Assembly (NCBI RefSeq): GCF_024521635.1
Contig: NW_026250409.1
Span: 930,001 to 994,000 of the forward strand
Direction: 5' to 3'
Origin: Tricharina praecox
Lineage: Eukaryota
Length of the DNA stretch: 64,000 nt
Position 1 is the first letter of the stretch, and every line of letters starts with the position of its first letter. Position numbers and translations under genes: made by a program. The notes under the pieces are model-generated. The model did no database searches and was not told the origin of the DNA. It saw only the letters and a program-made list of their open reading frames with translations. Of this stretch, positions 52,295 to 63,871 are shown piece by piece.

Positions 52295-54231
52295 ATGGCG
52301 AAGAAACCGAAGCCGACGAACACACCAACGAAAGAGGAGCCAGCGAAAACCCCAAAGAAAACGAAGCGGGAGAAAATACCGCCCAAACCGCCCTCCCGCT
52401 GGGCGCGCAAAGAAGGCGAGCTTATCACCCTCACAGCAGCGACCTGCAAAGCGAAGTATCACAACAGCTTCCGTTTCACCCCGCTGTATTCGCGACATGT
52501 TACTCTGAGATCCATCCGCAAGCCCAAGGTTTACATCCCCGTAGCCGTTGTCCATGGGCCGCTAACACCCGCTAGGCATTCTACGCCACAATCGGCCTCA
52601 CCAAGAAAGACGTAAAGCAATTCCACCTGCGCGCGCCGTTGAAATACAACATCATCAGCTCGGCTTTCATGCGGCTGCACCCGAAGGATCTGAAGACCGT
52701 GCTGTTGGATGACATCGTCAGGTACATCTATGTCATTGAGTATGACGACGATGACGGCAACGGCGGTACCAAGAAGGCTTATGATATCGTCCTCACCGAT
52801 TCGCCCATGACGGCAAAGGAAGAAGATATCCTGAAGGAAATCCCACCGGACCCGCCCTCCCGGGGGGTCCGCGTAGAAGGCGAGCTCATCGTCCTCACCG
52901 AAGCGTCCTCCCAAATCAAGTATAGCGAGATGTTCCGCTTCACCCCGCGGAGGGTGCGGCCTCTTAATCCGAGATCGATCAACACGCCAAATGTATGTTA
53001 TGTATCTCAGACCCTTCCTCCTTCTCCTCCTCTGCCTATAGATATTAACATCTGCTAGAAATTCTACAAACTCCTGGGTGTCCTGAGAAAGAATGTTAAC
53101 AACTACTTCCTGCACAGCCCGCTGAAGTATAATCTGATCACCTCGGCGTACATGCGCATGCACCCGAGAGACCTGGGTTCTGTGCTGGATGATAATGTCA
53201 TCAAGTACATCTATGTCATCGAATATGACGATGATGATGGGAACAATGGCACGAAGAGGACGTGGGATATTGTCCTTACCGATACGCCTATGATAGATCG
53301 CGATGAGGTGCATGAGGGTGATGAGGAGGACGAGGAGGACGAGGAGGATGAGGAGGACGAGCAGGATGAGGAGGATGAGGAGGATGAGAAGAAGAAGAAG
53401 AATAAGAATAAGAGACGAGAGTCAACGATGTCAGAGACCGAGAAGCTCGAGATTGAGACGGAGGATGGGAAGAAGAAGAAGAAGAATTCAAAAGAGGAGA
53501 AGGCTACCGCTGAGGAGGAAGGAGATGAGGACAAGACCCCGACCAAGACACCAAAGCAGAAGACACCGTCAAAGGGAGGAAAGAAAGCCAATATTATTGA
53601 GCCAGACAAGGAAGACACAGGACCTACCGCTTCGTCGAAGAAGAGGAAAAAGACCGGAGATGAAGAAGAGGAGCAGAAAACACCGAAGTCTTCCACGAAG
53701 AGAAGGAAGAGCACAGCTGAGAAAACGGAGGAGAAACCAAAATCGTCTACAAAGAAAAAGCAGAGTTCTGCAGAGAAAGAGGAAAAGGAAGATGACAAGC
53801 CGACGACCCCATCAAAAAGGAAGGCCAAAACAGAGGAGCAGGAAACACCGAAGAGTTCCACGAAGAGAAGGAGGAGCGCAGCTGAGAAAACGGAGGAGAC
53901 GCCGAAAACTCCGGCAAAGAAAAGGCAGAGTACTGTGGGGGAAGAGGAAAAGGAAGATGACAAGCCGACGACCCCATCACGAAGGAAGAAGGCCAAGACA
54001 GAGGAACAGGAAGAGGCAAAGACTCCGGTCAAAGGAGGTGGGAGTGCCACCAGGAAAAAGGAAGAGGAGAAGTCGAAGACTTCTGCAAAAAGAAGACAGT
54101 TTACTGTGGAGGTAGAGGTAAAGCCCAAGATCCCAGCAAAGAGGAAGAAGGCCAATACCGAGGAAGAAGAAGAAGAAGAAGAAGAAGTCATGCCTCCGGC
54201 CAAGAGAAAGAAGAGGATCTCTAGAAGTTAG
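52295..54231 (+). CDS. Orphan protein with two tandem copies of an unrecognised ~135-aa domain, an acidic stretch and a Lys/Glu/TP-rich repetitive tail; 3 exons
   Basis: Removing introns 52529-52575 and 52993-53058 (both phase 0, GT-AG) joins ORFs 52295, 52639 and 53152 into one frame; the internal duplication is visible in the protein. Confidence 0.8.
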
Positions 54232-54698
54232 GCTACAGCTAGTTTTCTCCTCCTTTCATTCTTCTAAACACCACGTAGCCTTAGATCTGCTGTTGTATGA
54301 TGTCCTTTTTCTTCCATCATCAATCGCTTTCGACCTTTCTAGACCATGGGATATGTACACATCTGTCTTGCTTTTCCGTCCGCCCCGGCCATAAAGATTC
54401 CGCTACCACTCGTTTTATGATGCTGCAGTTTATGTCCCTATATTTTTGACACTCCGCAGAGCAGAGGTGTCCGAGTGATCACAGAGCATGCACACGTCAC
54501 CAGTAACATAGTCGCGTAGAGTAGCACTCGTACCACGCGCCAAGGCTAGTTAAACCCGTAACATCCCCCACGCCATCCAGAGCTCTTGCATTCCGTTCCG
54601 CTATCACTCACTCACTCACTCACTCAGCACCTTCCCCTCCCTCAATCCCCAACCCACCACGCGAACCTACCTACCACAACCACCACCTCATCTGCACA

Positions 54699-55864
54699 AT
54701 GGTACTCCACAACAACAGTAACACCTCCCCTCCCCACTCCCGAGGAATAAGGCAGTTCTGATGCCCTACGCTATATAGAGTGGGACCGTAAACAAAACCG
54801 CGACCGCGTGCGCAAGCTCAAGGCGAAGGGAAAAGAGGATCCGGCCGCTGCTGTCACCGCCGCCGCTGCTAAGGATGCTAAGGATGGCAAAGTCGGAGGC
54901 AGATGCAGGCGCGGTAAGGCTGCGGGTGGGGTTGTGACGCCGGCCGGGGCCAAAAAAGATGAAGAAGAAGATGAAGAAGAAGAGGAGACTGAGAGCTCGG
55001 GCTCGGAGGACGGTGAGGACGGGGAGGAGGAGAATGGCGAGGACGGCGAGGAAAACGCGCACAAGGGCCAGTTTAGTCGGCGGAAGCTGGCCAGTAATTC
55101 CTGGCGGTACGAGAAGGCTGCTGCAGCCGGGGACAATCTGCTCGGTGAGTTTAAGTTTTGGTTTTGGTTTTGGTTTTGGGCTCTGTCACCATCTACACGA
55201 TACGATACTGGGGTCGGGGGAGGAGGGTGGGAGGAGGGGTGGGGGGTTTCGCTAACACGTTTCATCTACAGACCCGAGCGGCGCACATGCACGAGCGGGG
55301 GGGGAGGGGGAGGAGGATGGAGAGGAGGAGGAGGAGGTGCACGAGGACTACGTTGCGCTCACGCTGGCGAAGAAGGGCGGGCAGTGGGTGGATGCGCAGG
55401 AGGAGAAGATACGCAGCGGGGCGGTTGACGCGGCGTTTCTGCGGGAGAGCTGGACTCCGGCGAGCACGAAACAGCCGCTGATCAGTGCGCTGCCGATGAA
55501 GGGGAATATCGTCAAGGTGGACAGGAAGGACTTCGTCGACGTCACGGAAAAGATCGCGAAGAGGAATAATGCCGATGCGTTCCGGGCGAGGTTCGAGAGT
55601 AGTAAGAGTAAGGCGAAGAAGAGGGCGCCGAGAATGGCGGCGGACGATACGGGCGGCGGCGACGGCGACGACGACGGTGACGATCTGGATGCGTTCCTGG
55701 GAGGTCTGGAACTGGATCCAAAATTGGCGGGGAGGGGGAAGGAGGACGACGATAAGCAGGCGGCGGCCGCGTGGTCACGGGAGATACGGCCTGCTGTGGC
55801 GCCGCCGGCTGATGAGGTGGAGACCGGAGACGAGTGGTTGGATCAGATGCTGGGTGGCCGTTGA
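54699..55864 (+). CDS. Low-complexity hypothetical protein with AVEN-like motifs, 3 exons
   Basis: Introns 54718-54778 and 55145-55271 give MVLHNNKWDRKQNR...FSRRKLASNSWRYE...EDYVALT...DDLDAFLGGL...DEWLDQMLGGR* in one frame. Confidence 0.75.
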
Positions 55865-56196
55865 TTGTACAATCTACAAATTACGGATCCCCGCCTCCGT
55901 GCCCTTCGCCTCCCTACCCCACCCCCTGAATTCCTGATGAACCAGTTAAAGTGCAATTGGTGATTTCTGAGATTTCATCCGTTTTGCTCTTTTACCGGTA
56001 TTTGTTTTTCCATTTGGATATTTAAATTTCCCGTCGATACAAGTGAAGGCTGAAGGCTCAAACCAAGTGGGTATGTCGTTTGAGCCACCAGCCTTCCTTC
56101 CTTCCTTCGAGATGAATCAACTAACCGGATCATCCGAACACGCTCACTCGCCATTACTTGGCCCGTAGGTGCTCTCGTACATGGCAAGGCGACACC

Positions 56197-56355
56197 TACT
56201 GTATAGTGAAGGGGAGGGTAAAAAATACGCTTTGTGGCCGTACCGATACGGAAAAAAAGCGTATCGATACGGTCAAAATACGTAACGATACGCTTTTTTC
56301 CGTATCGGTACGGCCACAAAGCGTATTTTTTTACCCTCCCCTTCACTATACAGTA
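56197..56355. mobile_element. MITE-like foldback element with ~70-bp inverted arms, TA at both ends
   Basis: TA-CTGTATAGTGAAGGGGAGGGTAAAAAATACGCTTTGTGGCCGTACCGATACGG... is mirrored by ...CCGTATCGGTACGGCCACAAAGCGTATTTTTTTACCCTCCCCTTCACTATACAG-TA; the arms differ by single-base homopolymer indels; no coding capacity. Confidence 0.65.
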
Positions 56356-59300
56356 CGCACGAAAGGCGAGACATACCGTATAGACTAGTAGCATGCCACA
56401 GAGTAGAGTGCGCAAATGTGGAATGATGTCCAGAGTCCAGACTCCAACCCTCTCCGCCGGTATACCGGCAAATCTCCTCGACTCAACTCGGCAGCGGCGC
56501 CGGCGGCTGTCTAGATATATCATATTCCCGTCCGCCCGTTGTATATGTACTCACATGGAGGTCTCAGCTGTGTATGTACTGGTACTAGTAGTGCAGCATA
56601 CCTACACAGGTACTTGAGGATGTAGAGTGCCTATGAGGAGTGCCTATATTACTGCCTGATATCCCCCCTTGTCCCAAGCTCCCAACTCCCAACTTCCAAG
56701 TTCACTAGTTTTGGGTAAGTACCTAGCTCTCCCGGTACCGAATTCTAGCATACATATCTAGCTCCTCTCGCGCGCTCGTGCGAGCGGTGACGAGGATCGT
56801 TCGAAGTCGACGATCGAAGTCGAGGGACGCGCAACGCAACGCAACGTGCCGGCCGGCACGGGCGGCACGGGTGATGATGTTTCTCCTCCTCGCCGGCGAT
56901 TGCATATTGCCGTCCCCCCGCACCGCCTCCGCCCCCGCCCCCGCCCGGCCATGGTCGGCCGGTCGGTTGATCGGGCGGTCGGTTGGTACATAGGTCGGTC
57001 GGTCGTCTTATGTGCAGAGTACCTAGATAACTGGTTGTCCAGCTTCCGTGGTGAAGACCAATTGAACCAAGTAGGTACCATAGTATCTACATAGCAGCTT
57101 GTCGTGCATGTACAATACATACAGTAGGTAGTTACATAGCCCTTCAAAACCCGGGCGCCGGGCGGTGACAGTGACAGTGCCAGTTCGAAGCGCTCGGGGT
57201 CCCGGAGCGGGCGGGAGGGAGTGAGGGAGGGGGGGCGGAGTGCAGCGGAAGCGCTGTGGAATCATGGAAGCGCCTTGTTGGGTAGGTACGGTAGGGATGC
57301 CGCGGTACGGGTGCAGACTTGTAGTGCAGTGTGGGTGGATGACTGTGCACAACCACGACAGAACATACCATCTACATACTGTGTACTAGTAGAGCTCCAC
57401 CAACGACGCAAAACATTGCGCACTGCACAACGCTGCACGGGTCAAACTTCACTTCGAACTGGCGGCGGCACCTGGTCGTTAAACGTGTTCGGTACGGTAT
57501 CTGCTCTGACTGTGTGTAGGACGTAGGTATGAGGTAGGTATGAGGTAGGTATGAGGTGGATATGATACGACGGTGCGAGTTCGCGGCGGTGAAACTTCTA
57601 CTGCACGTAGCTACTGTAGCGACAAGTTACAACCCCCCGTTTGCACGAGCGTCGAGGCCGTCCCGGCGCCGTAGCGGTCGAGGCGGCGATCGATCGGGGC
57701 GGCGATTCTCGTGCGATGAGGAGCACGTCCACTCACGTCTACCCGACTCTCCTCGACTCCAGTGCCGTCACTCGGGATAATACACCTACCTTATAATCAT
57801 TGTACAAGTGCAATGGGAAACAAACGTTCCCTTGCGGTCGACGACTGCAGAATAAAGCCCCGTATCCAGCCCTTAATCGGGCCTTACTCGGCCCATGCAC
57901 TCTACCCAAACGGGCCTGCAGCTCTTTGCTCTGAGCTCCTCAAAGCTTGGAATATCGGCATACTCACCATCCCCCCTCCACCCCATCTATGGCACGTGAC
58001 ACCTTTCGAGTCGCAAGGCTACATGTATCTACTCTGCATGTGTGTGCAGCGTCAGGATCGAGTAGCATTCGGACAGCTGCGACTCCAGACTCCATTGGAT
58101 ATGCACTTCACTGTCCACCGGTAGTCGTAGTACCAGTACATAGAAACAGAACATTAAGCGCTCGCTGAACTCAGGAAGCAGGCGTGTATGTATCCTATGT
58201 ATGCACATACACAGAAGCTCCCGACTCGACTCGGCGCAGTTGCAGTTGCAGTTGCAGCCTCCTCAAGCTTATTCGAGGCAGAAACCCAGTTCACGGTGTG
58301 ACGGTGCAGACACGAAATACACGAAATGCCCCCCGTCCCCACATTCCACAGATCACATTCCCGTCCCCACATCCCACACATCCCATCCCCGTCCCCACAT
58401 CCGGTTCTCCCGCCCGCCCGCCTTCGAGACGGTACGGAGACGGAGACGGAGATGCCACTGCGATGCGACTGTGCAGCATATCCACGATCATGATCCTTCC
58501 TCTCCCGGCCGCTCGCTCGCTGGGTCATGATCAAACGCATCACCGCATACTCTACTCCACGCGTGATGCACTAGCCCTCTTTTCTCTTTCCTCTCTTCTC
58601 TTTCTTCCCGACTTTCGCGTTTCATAGACGCCGGACTTTGCCATGTGAAACCAGGCCATTCTGCGCGGTGGGGGTGGAGGGACCGGTGGTGGTGGTGGTG
58701 GTGGTGGCGTGGGGTGGAGGGTGGATGGTGCAGTGGTGAGTTTCAGGGGGTGCTCTAGGGGGGGGTGCTCTAGGGTAGGGGGGTGGGCTGCTCGCTGGTG
58801 GACTGGCATCATGAAACCGATCGAGCGCTAATTCTGAGGCAGCAGGAGTTGGGGGTAGAGTACCGCAGTAACTAGAGTAGCAGCTAGGGACTAGTAGGTA
58901 GGACCTACATACAGCTTCTCAGACGCAGATGGAGACGGAGACGAAGAGGAGGAGTAGATGGAGGGAGAAGCAGTAGGAGAAGCAGTCGGAGTCGGAGCCG
59001 GAGGAGAATGGTGGGAAGCGAGAATGAGAGCGCGAGTGAGAGTGAGAAGAGTGATGGCTGCTTCGGGGAAGTCTTGGGGGCTCTTTCTTTGCCTCTTTCC
59101 GGAGAGAGCGCGGAGGAAGGGGTGTGTTTCCGTTGTTGTTTTCTTGTTCTCGTCCGTTACAGCCGAGCTGGTGGGATGTGGCGGCGATGGCGACGGCCAC
59201 CACGCGAGGACGGTGGAGGAAGGGGAAGGAGAGAGAGGGAGGGGGAGGGGCCGATGACCTTCCTGCCTGCCTGCCCGCCGCCTGCTTCTCGACTTTGCCG

Positions 59301-60116
59301 CCGCCGATGGCGTGGGTTGGCTGTGCCTTCCATGTGGGCGACTCGCGAGTGCTCTACATAGAGTCTAGATAGTCCCATGTACTCTGGATAGTCCAGGTAC
59401 TCTACATGCACTCCAATCGCCGCCGTGAAAGTGAATGTGCCTGCCTGCCGCCGTTGCTGGTACAGAAACAAAAAAACACTCCGTTCGCATCCGCCAGAGC
59501 ACTCCACCGTAGGTACCCAAGTCCCTAGAGTGCTCAACCAAGTACTTACTCAGCGGAACTACGCGCGCAAGCAAGCAAGCAAGTGCGTTCTGATTGAGCA
59601 ACGAGACCGAGAGTGAGGAAAAGCAGCAGCAGCGGTTGTTGTTGTTTGGAGTCTAGAGTCTGCGTATGAGTCTAGAGTCTGCGTATGAGTCTAGAGTCCT
59701 GAGTCTCCCCAGAGTAGAGTGGCAGACTGCGCCATCGTTCACCTCACCTTGCTCGCTGCATTGCATTTGCACTTCTGGACTTTGCACAGCTGCATTCATC
59801 ACCATCACTTGCAATATCAAACCTGCGCCATTAGATGGACACCAAGTAACCATTCGTCTTCGTGTCGGGGAGATCAATTACAATATCCCGTCCCCTCCCC
59901 CTCCAACCTGTCCTCCTCCAACCCATCCATCCAGCAATACCCCCCGAGCTCTTGTTCCTCCTCTTCCTGCTCCTCCCCTTCCTCCTCTCATTCCATCTCC
60001 CCCCCCCACATCAACTATCGTGATCGCAATCGTCTCGTTTGCCATAGAACGCTAAAGAGGTATGTACCGTTGTACCTGTTGCTCTCCATCCACCATCTCC
60101 TTGTCGATCATCCGTC

Positions 60117-60117
<1 letters not shown>

Positions 60118-60147
<30 letters not shown>
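60118..60147 (+). repeat. Poly-C tract, 30 nt
   Basis: Uninterrupted C run. Confidence 0.9.
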
Positions 60148-60149
<2 letters not shown>

Positions 60150-60550
60150 AAAACAATCCTATACCCTCCACCCATCTCAGCCCCCACAAAGCCAAAACAT
60201 CCTCCCCTTCCTCATTCACTATCCGCGGCGGCCACCGTATCGTCTTGTATCGTTTGCGGTCTCGTCATTGTGTCCATCCATCCTCCTCCTCCTCCCCCTC
60301 CCCGCCTACCCTCCACAGCCACACAACCCCAATCGCCTGCATCCCCTTATTGTTCTTCTCCCCTTCTTCTCCTTCCGATACCCTGTGTCCGCTTACACTT
60401 GCTTACCTGCGTCCTGCTCCCTCTCAAGTACCCCTCCTCCTCCTCTCGTTCCTCTTTTCTCTCTCTTTCTCTTCCTCTTCTCTTACTCTCGCTCTCCTCG
60501 CCTCCTTCTCCGAGTAGTCGTACTCTCACCTTAGGTCGAGTACCTACATT

Positions 60551-60620
60551 ACTGTCGCTGCTGCTACTGTCGCTGCTGCTACTGTCGCTGCTGCTACTGT
60601 CGCTGCTACTGTCGCTGCTA
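60551..60620 (+). repeat. 15-nt tandem repeat (actgtcgctgctgct)n, about 4-5 copies
   Basis: Visible tandem array. Confidence 0.85.
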
Positions 60621-60910
60621 CACGCCCCGGCTTCCCGTCAGCCTATTGTTTCACGCCCTTGCAATTGCGTTTCTGCAGTCCACTCATTTCTTCGCAGCAC
60701 CGCCAGTCGCACTCCCTCACCCTCAGGGTTTCTTCTTGATCTTTCCCCTTTCTTGCCGAGCCCTTCACCTCGCTCTTTTATCCGCGCATTCGCTCCCGAC
60801 AAGTCAAAATAACCACACCCCCCAGCGGAAGGGAAACATCTCAACATCGCAGCAAGCAATATCCCGTCGACACCGCGACGCTGATCGATTCCTCGTCCTC
60901 CTCATACATA

Positions 60911-60913
<3 letters not shown>

Positions 60914-60960
<47 letters not shown>

Positions 60961-60965
60961 ACTGC
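60914..60965 (+). repeat. (CTG)n trinucleotide repeat about 85 nt upstream of the ATG at 61049
   Basis: About 16 CTG units. Confidence 0.9.
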
Positions 60966-61048
60966 TATACCACCTCGTCGCCTAGTAGACTAACGTAGCC
61001 GAACCCCGAACCCGAACCCTCGAACCTTGTTACTCCCATCGGACGGCA

Positions 61049-62390
61049 ATGGCTACAGAGACCGCAACCGCTCCGCTTCAGGTCGTAGAGACCGAGAGGC
61101 TGTCTCCAGCGAAATCACGAGTCTCCGGAACACCGCCGTCAAAGAGGATGAGACCGACCTTGAACACTTCTCTCGCGACTGGCGGCGCCTCGACACCCAT
61201 CACACTAGACACTCCAGTGGAAAGCAGTCCGTACGTGGAATCCCGTCATTCTCACTTCTTTCCCACTCCCCTCTGCGTTGTATCCTCCCTTCTTCTTCTT
61301 ATCAGCTGCTCACGATCGATGCAGTAGCAAGCGCAAGGAGCTACCCAAGATCATCGTCAAGAAGGAGCCCACATCCCCCGAGCCTCCGTCGCGACATCGG
61401 CCACCGAAGCTACACCTGAGCAAGGACACCGGAGACACCAGTCCTGCCGTTCCGCACACTGCCGGAGGAAGTCTGTCGACGATGCGCGACGTTGGCATGG
61501 CCTGTCTCTCTCCGGGATTCGCGACCCAGGACCCAACGATGCGTGAGCAGTTGCAGCGCAGTATCTCGGTTCGAGATCAACAGCGGAGCATAATCGAGGC
61601 TCGTTTGCAGCGACACGTAAAACCCGGAGGAGGAAGTGGAAGTGGAGGAGGAAGTGGGGGCGAAAGAGCAGGAAAGGATAGGGACGAGCATCCCCAGTCG
61701 GCCCGCGGATCGTCGAAGCGACGACCACCAAACAGTCTGACGATTGTGCCCCCGTCGCATAGAGCCTTCGCGAACGAGCGCGTCGTGCAGTCAGCACCTC
61801 TCAATCAATCGTTTACCGGTCGCCATCATAACACCATCTACCACCCCCCACCACAGCACACGGCCCACAACCCGCACCACGTCAACCGATTACCGCCGAT
61901 AGCGGATGTGTTTGCTTCCGAGCGTCTGGACAGCGGTGCGCGTTCTTCGAGATTAGCAGCGGATCCCCCTCAGTCGGGTCGACAATACTTCCCGTCGCTC
62001 CGACCATCCCAACCATCACCCAACACGATGACCTTCCCGCGGCCTCGCGAACACAGGTCCGCGGAAGAGGCCCTGCAGATGATGTCTGGCGGCCGCGAGG
62101 ATCTGCTCCCACGGATCGTCCACTACGGCGGGCACCAACCGCCCACGCCTCCGAGCCCACCACAGGCTGGCGCTCAACAGCATACGACACCCTCCAAGCC
62201 GCATCTCAACGGGGACTACCGGCCCCCTGCGTCCGCGGGTAGGAGAAGAAACAGGGCCGAGTACGAGCGCGACCGCGACGAGGAGCAGCATTTCCTACCT
62301 GGGTCCCGGGATAGCCCAGAGACAAAAAGGCAAAAGAAGGAAGAGTTCTTGTCCCTGTGCGCCCGCGCCTGGGAGCTGTTTCATTCTTGA
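61049..62390 (+). CDS. Largely disordered fungal regulatory protein with MAPK-docking-like motifs (Dig1-like by inference), 2 exons
   Basis: Intron 61231-61324 (or 61327, NAGNAG acceptor); blocks VGMACLSPGF, LQRSISVRDQQRSIIEARL, KRRPPNSLTIVPP, VVQSAPL, RLPPIADV, QPPTPPSP, KKEEFLSLCARAWELFHS*. Confidence 0.8.
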
Positions 62391-63286
62391 AACGAAAACA
62401 AGCTGCTCGACTAGAATCGTGTTTCGATGGTGTCCTTATTCTAATTCTTGGGGGCTTTGGGGGGCTGGGGGGGTTTTTTTCCTCGGTTTTCTCTCTCTTT
62501 GTTTCTTTCTTTCAATTTGTACTGCTCGTCCTTATTTCCGTATTATGTTCGGGGGAGCAAAGGTTTACCTTGGAAGGTGTTCCGTGTTGGTTGTATTTTC
62601 CGATGGGCTGTGGATAAGGGGGGTGCAGGAGTTCAAAAAAAAGCCAAGGCAGGTACCATATACCCTGGGGGATAGGGAGTGCGGTGGTGGTGGCGGCGGC
62701 GGCGAGGTTCGCGTGTCTTTACACGTGGATACCTATGTGAGACGGAATCACTTGCGAGTCATTCCGTGGGGACATTATTGATCTGATCTGGTCTGGTTTT
62801 GATCTGGAAGGAAGGAACTGTGGTGCGGTCTTGGGCCCGGTACTTTTTTTTTTCGGTTTCTGCTTTTTTTTTTTTTTTTTTTTGCGGGCTTCTTCCTCAT
62901 TCTTTTGCGATTTTTCCTTTTTTCCCCCCGTATTTTTTGCTGTTGATTTTTTTACTACCTACTCTACCTATACCTTCTACACTTTACTTTACCTTACTTT
63001 ACTCTACCTTATTCTATTGGGATGGCTCCTAGGGGGTTCTTTGGATTTTTCTTTTTTTGCGGTTTTTGCTTGAACTTGAACTTGAAGCCGTGGATGCTTC
63101 GTTTTTGAACTCTCTCTCTCTCTCGTGCGAGATCTTCTCCTTTGTATGCTGTATTTCGTGGGGTTGGGAAGGGTGGGATGGGATGGGATGAGATGGGATG
63201 GGATGGGATGGGTGCGGGAAGGGGAATGGAAGGGGGATGGAATGGAATGGAAAAGGTCTACCTACGAATCATCGAAACGTTTTTGC

Positions 63287-63334
63287 GAGTGAGTGAGTGA
63301 GTGAGTGAGTGAGTGAGTGAGTGAGTGAGTGAGT
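63287..63334 (+). repeat. (GAGT)n tetranucleotide microsatellite
   Basis: About 12 GAGT units upstream of the tRNA. Confidence 0.9.
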
Positions 63335-63539
63335 GTCGTGCACTCGACTCGACGTTTGTCTTATCTTATCATGGCGATGCAGGCTGCGAGCGGGCGGGCG
63401 ATGTGGGTAGGTTCGTGATGGCGGTGAATCGGTGATGCACAGGCGGCCGGGCGGACGGGCGGACGATACTCGATATAACAGACATCTCGGTCTCAGATTG
63501 CGCGGTGATAGGTGCATATGGTCGCAGCAGTGTACAGAA

Positions 63540-63621
63540 GGTGTTCTGGCCGAGTGGTCTAAGGCGCTAGCTTCAGGTGCTAGTGGAGCAATCCGCGCAG
63601 GTTCGAATCCTGCGGACATCA
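63540..63621 (+). tRNA. tRNA-Leu(CAG), identical to the copy at 27358-27439
   Basis: Same 82-nt cloverleaf; T-runs downstream. Confidence 0.95.
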
Positions 63622-63840
63622 TTACTTCTTTTGTCTTTTGGGGGTTTGGCCCAAGGGCTTGGGGTTGGTTTCGGGTTTTGTTTTGGTTCCGAGTTTTGGA
63701 GGCTTGGATGGGTGTGAAGGGGTGGGGAGGTGGAGGTGAGATTGAGGTTTCGTGGGCTGAAGGGAGAGGGGATGGGATTAGGTGCACGGGAACGGAACGG
63801 GGAGCGGAGTGGTTATCGACCATGTGTGAAGGGTGGTGGA

Positions 63841-63871
<31 letters not shown>

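Noticed and set aside
53211..54203. Long antisense or alternate-frame ORFs (53211-54203, 33660-34547, 36439-37446, 40318-41136, 12189-12908 and others)
   Set aside because: They are shadows of codon-biased or low-complexity sense genes and carry no independent motifs
60647..60653. Ste12-type PRE (TGTTTCA) upstream of the Dig1-like gene
   Set aside because: One perfect 7-mer in about 5 kb is expected by chance
59719..60812. 271-aa and 180-aa ORFs upstream of the 61-kb gene
   Set aside because: They arise from pyrimidine-rich simple repeats that lack stop codons; no ATG start and no protein-like features
63540..63621. TCA inside the anticodon loop (cttcagg) suggesting tRNA-Sec or an opal suppressor, or a CUG-reassigning tRNA
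   Set aside because: The stem CTAGC/GCTAG fixes the loop as TT-CAG-GT, so the anticodon is CAG. A73, G37 and a 7-bp acceptor stem fit Leu; there is no G73 (Ser) and no G3:U70 (Ala), only G2:U71
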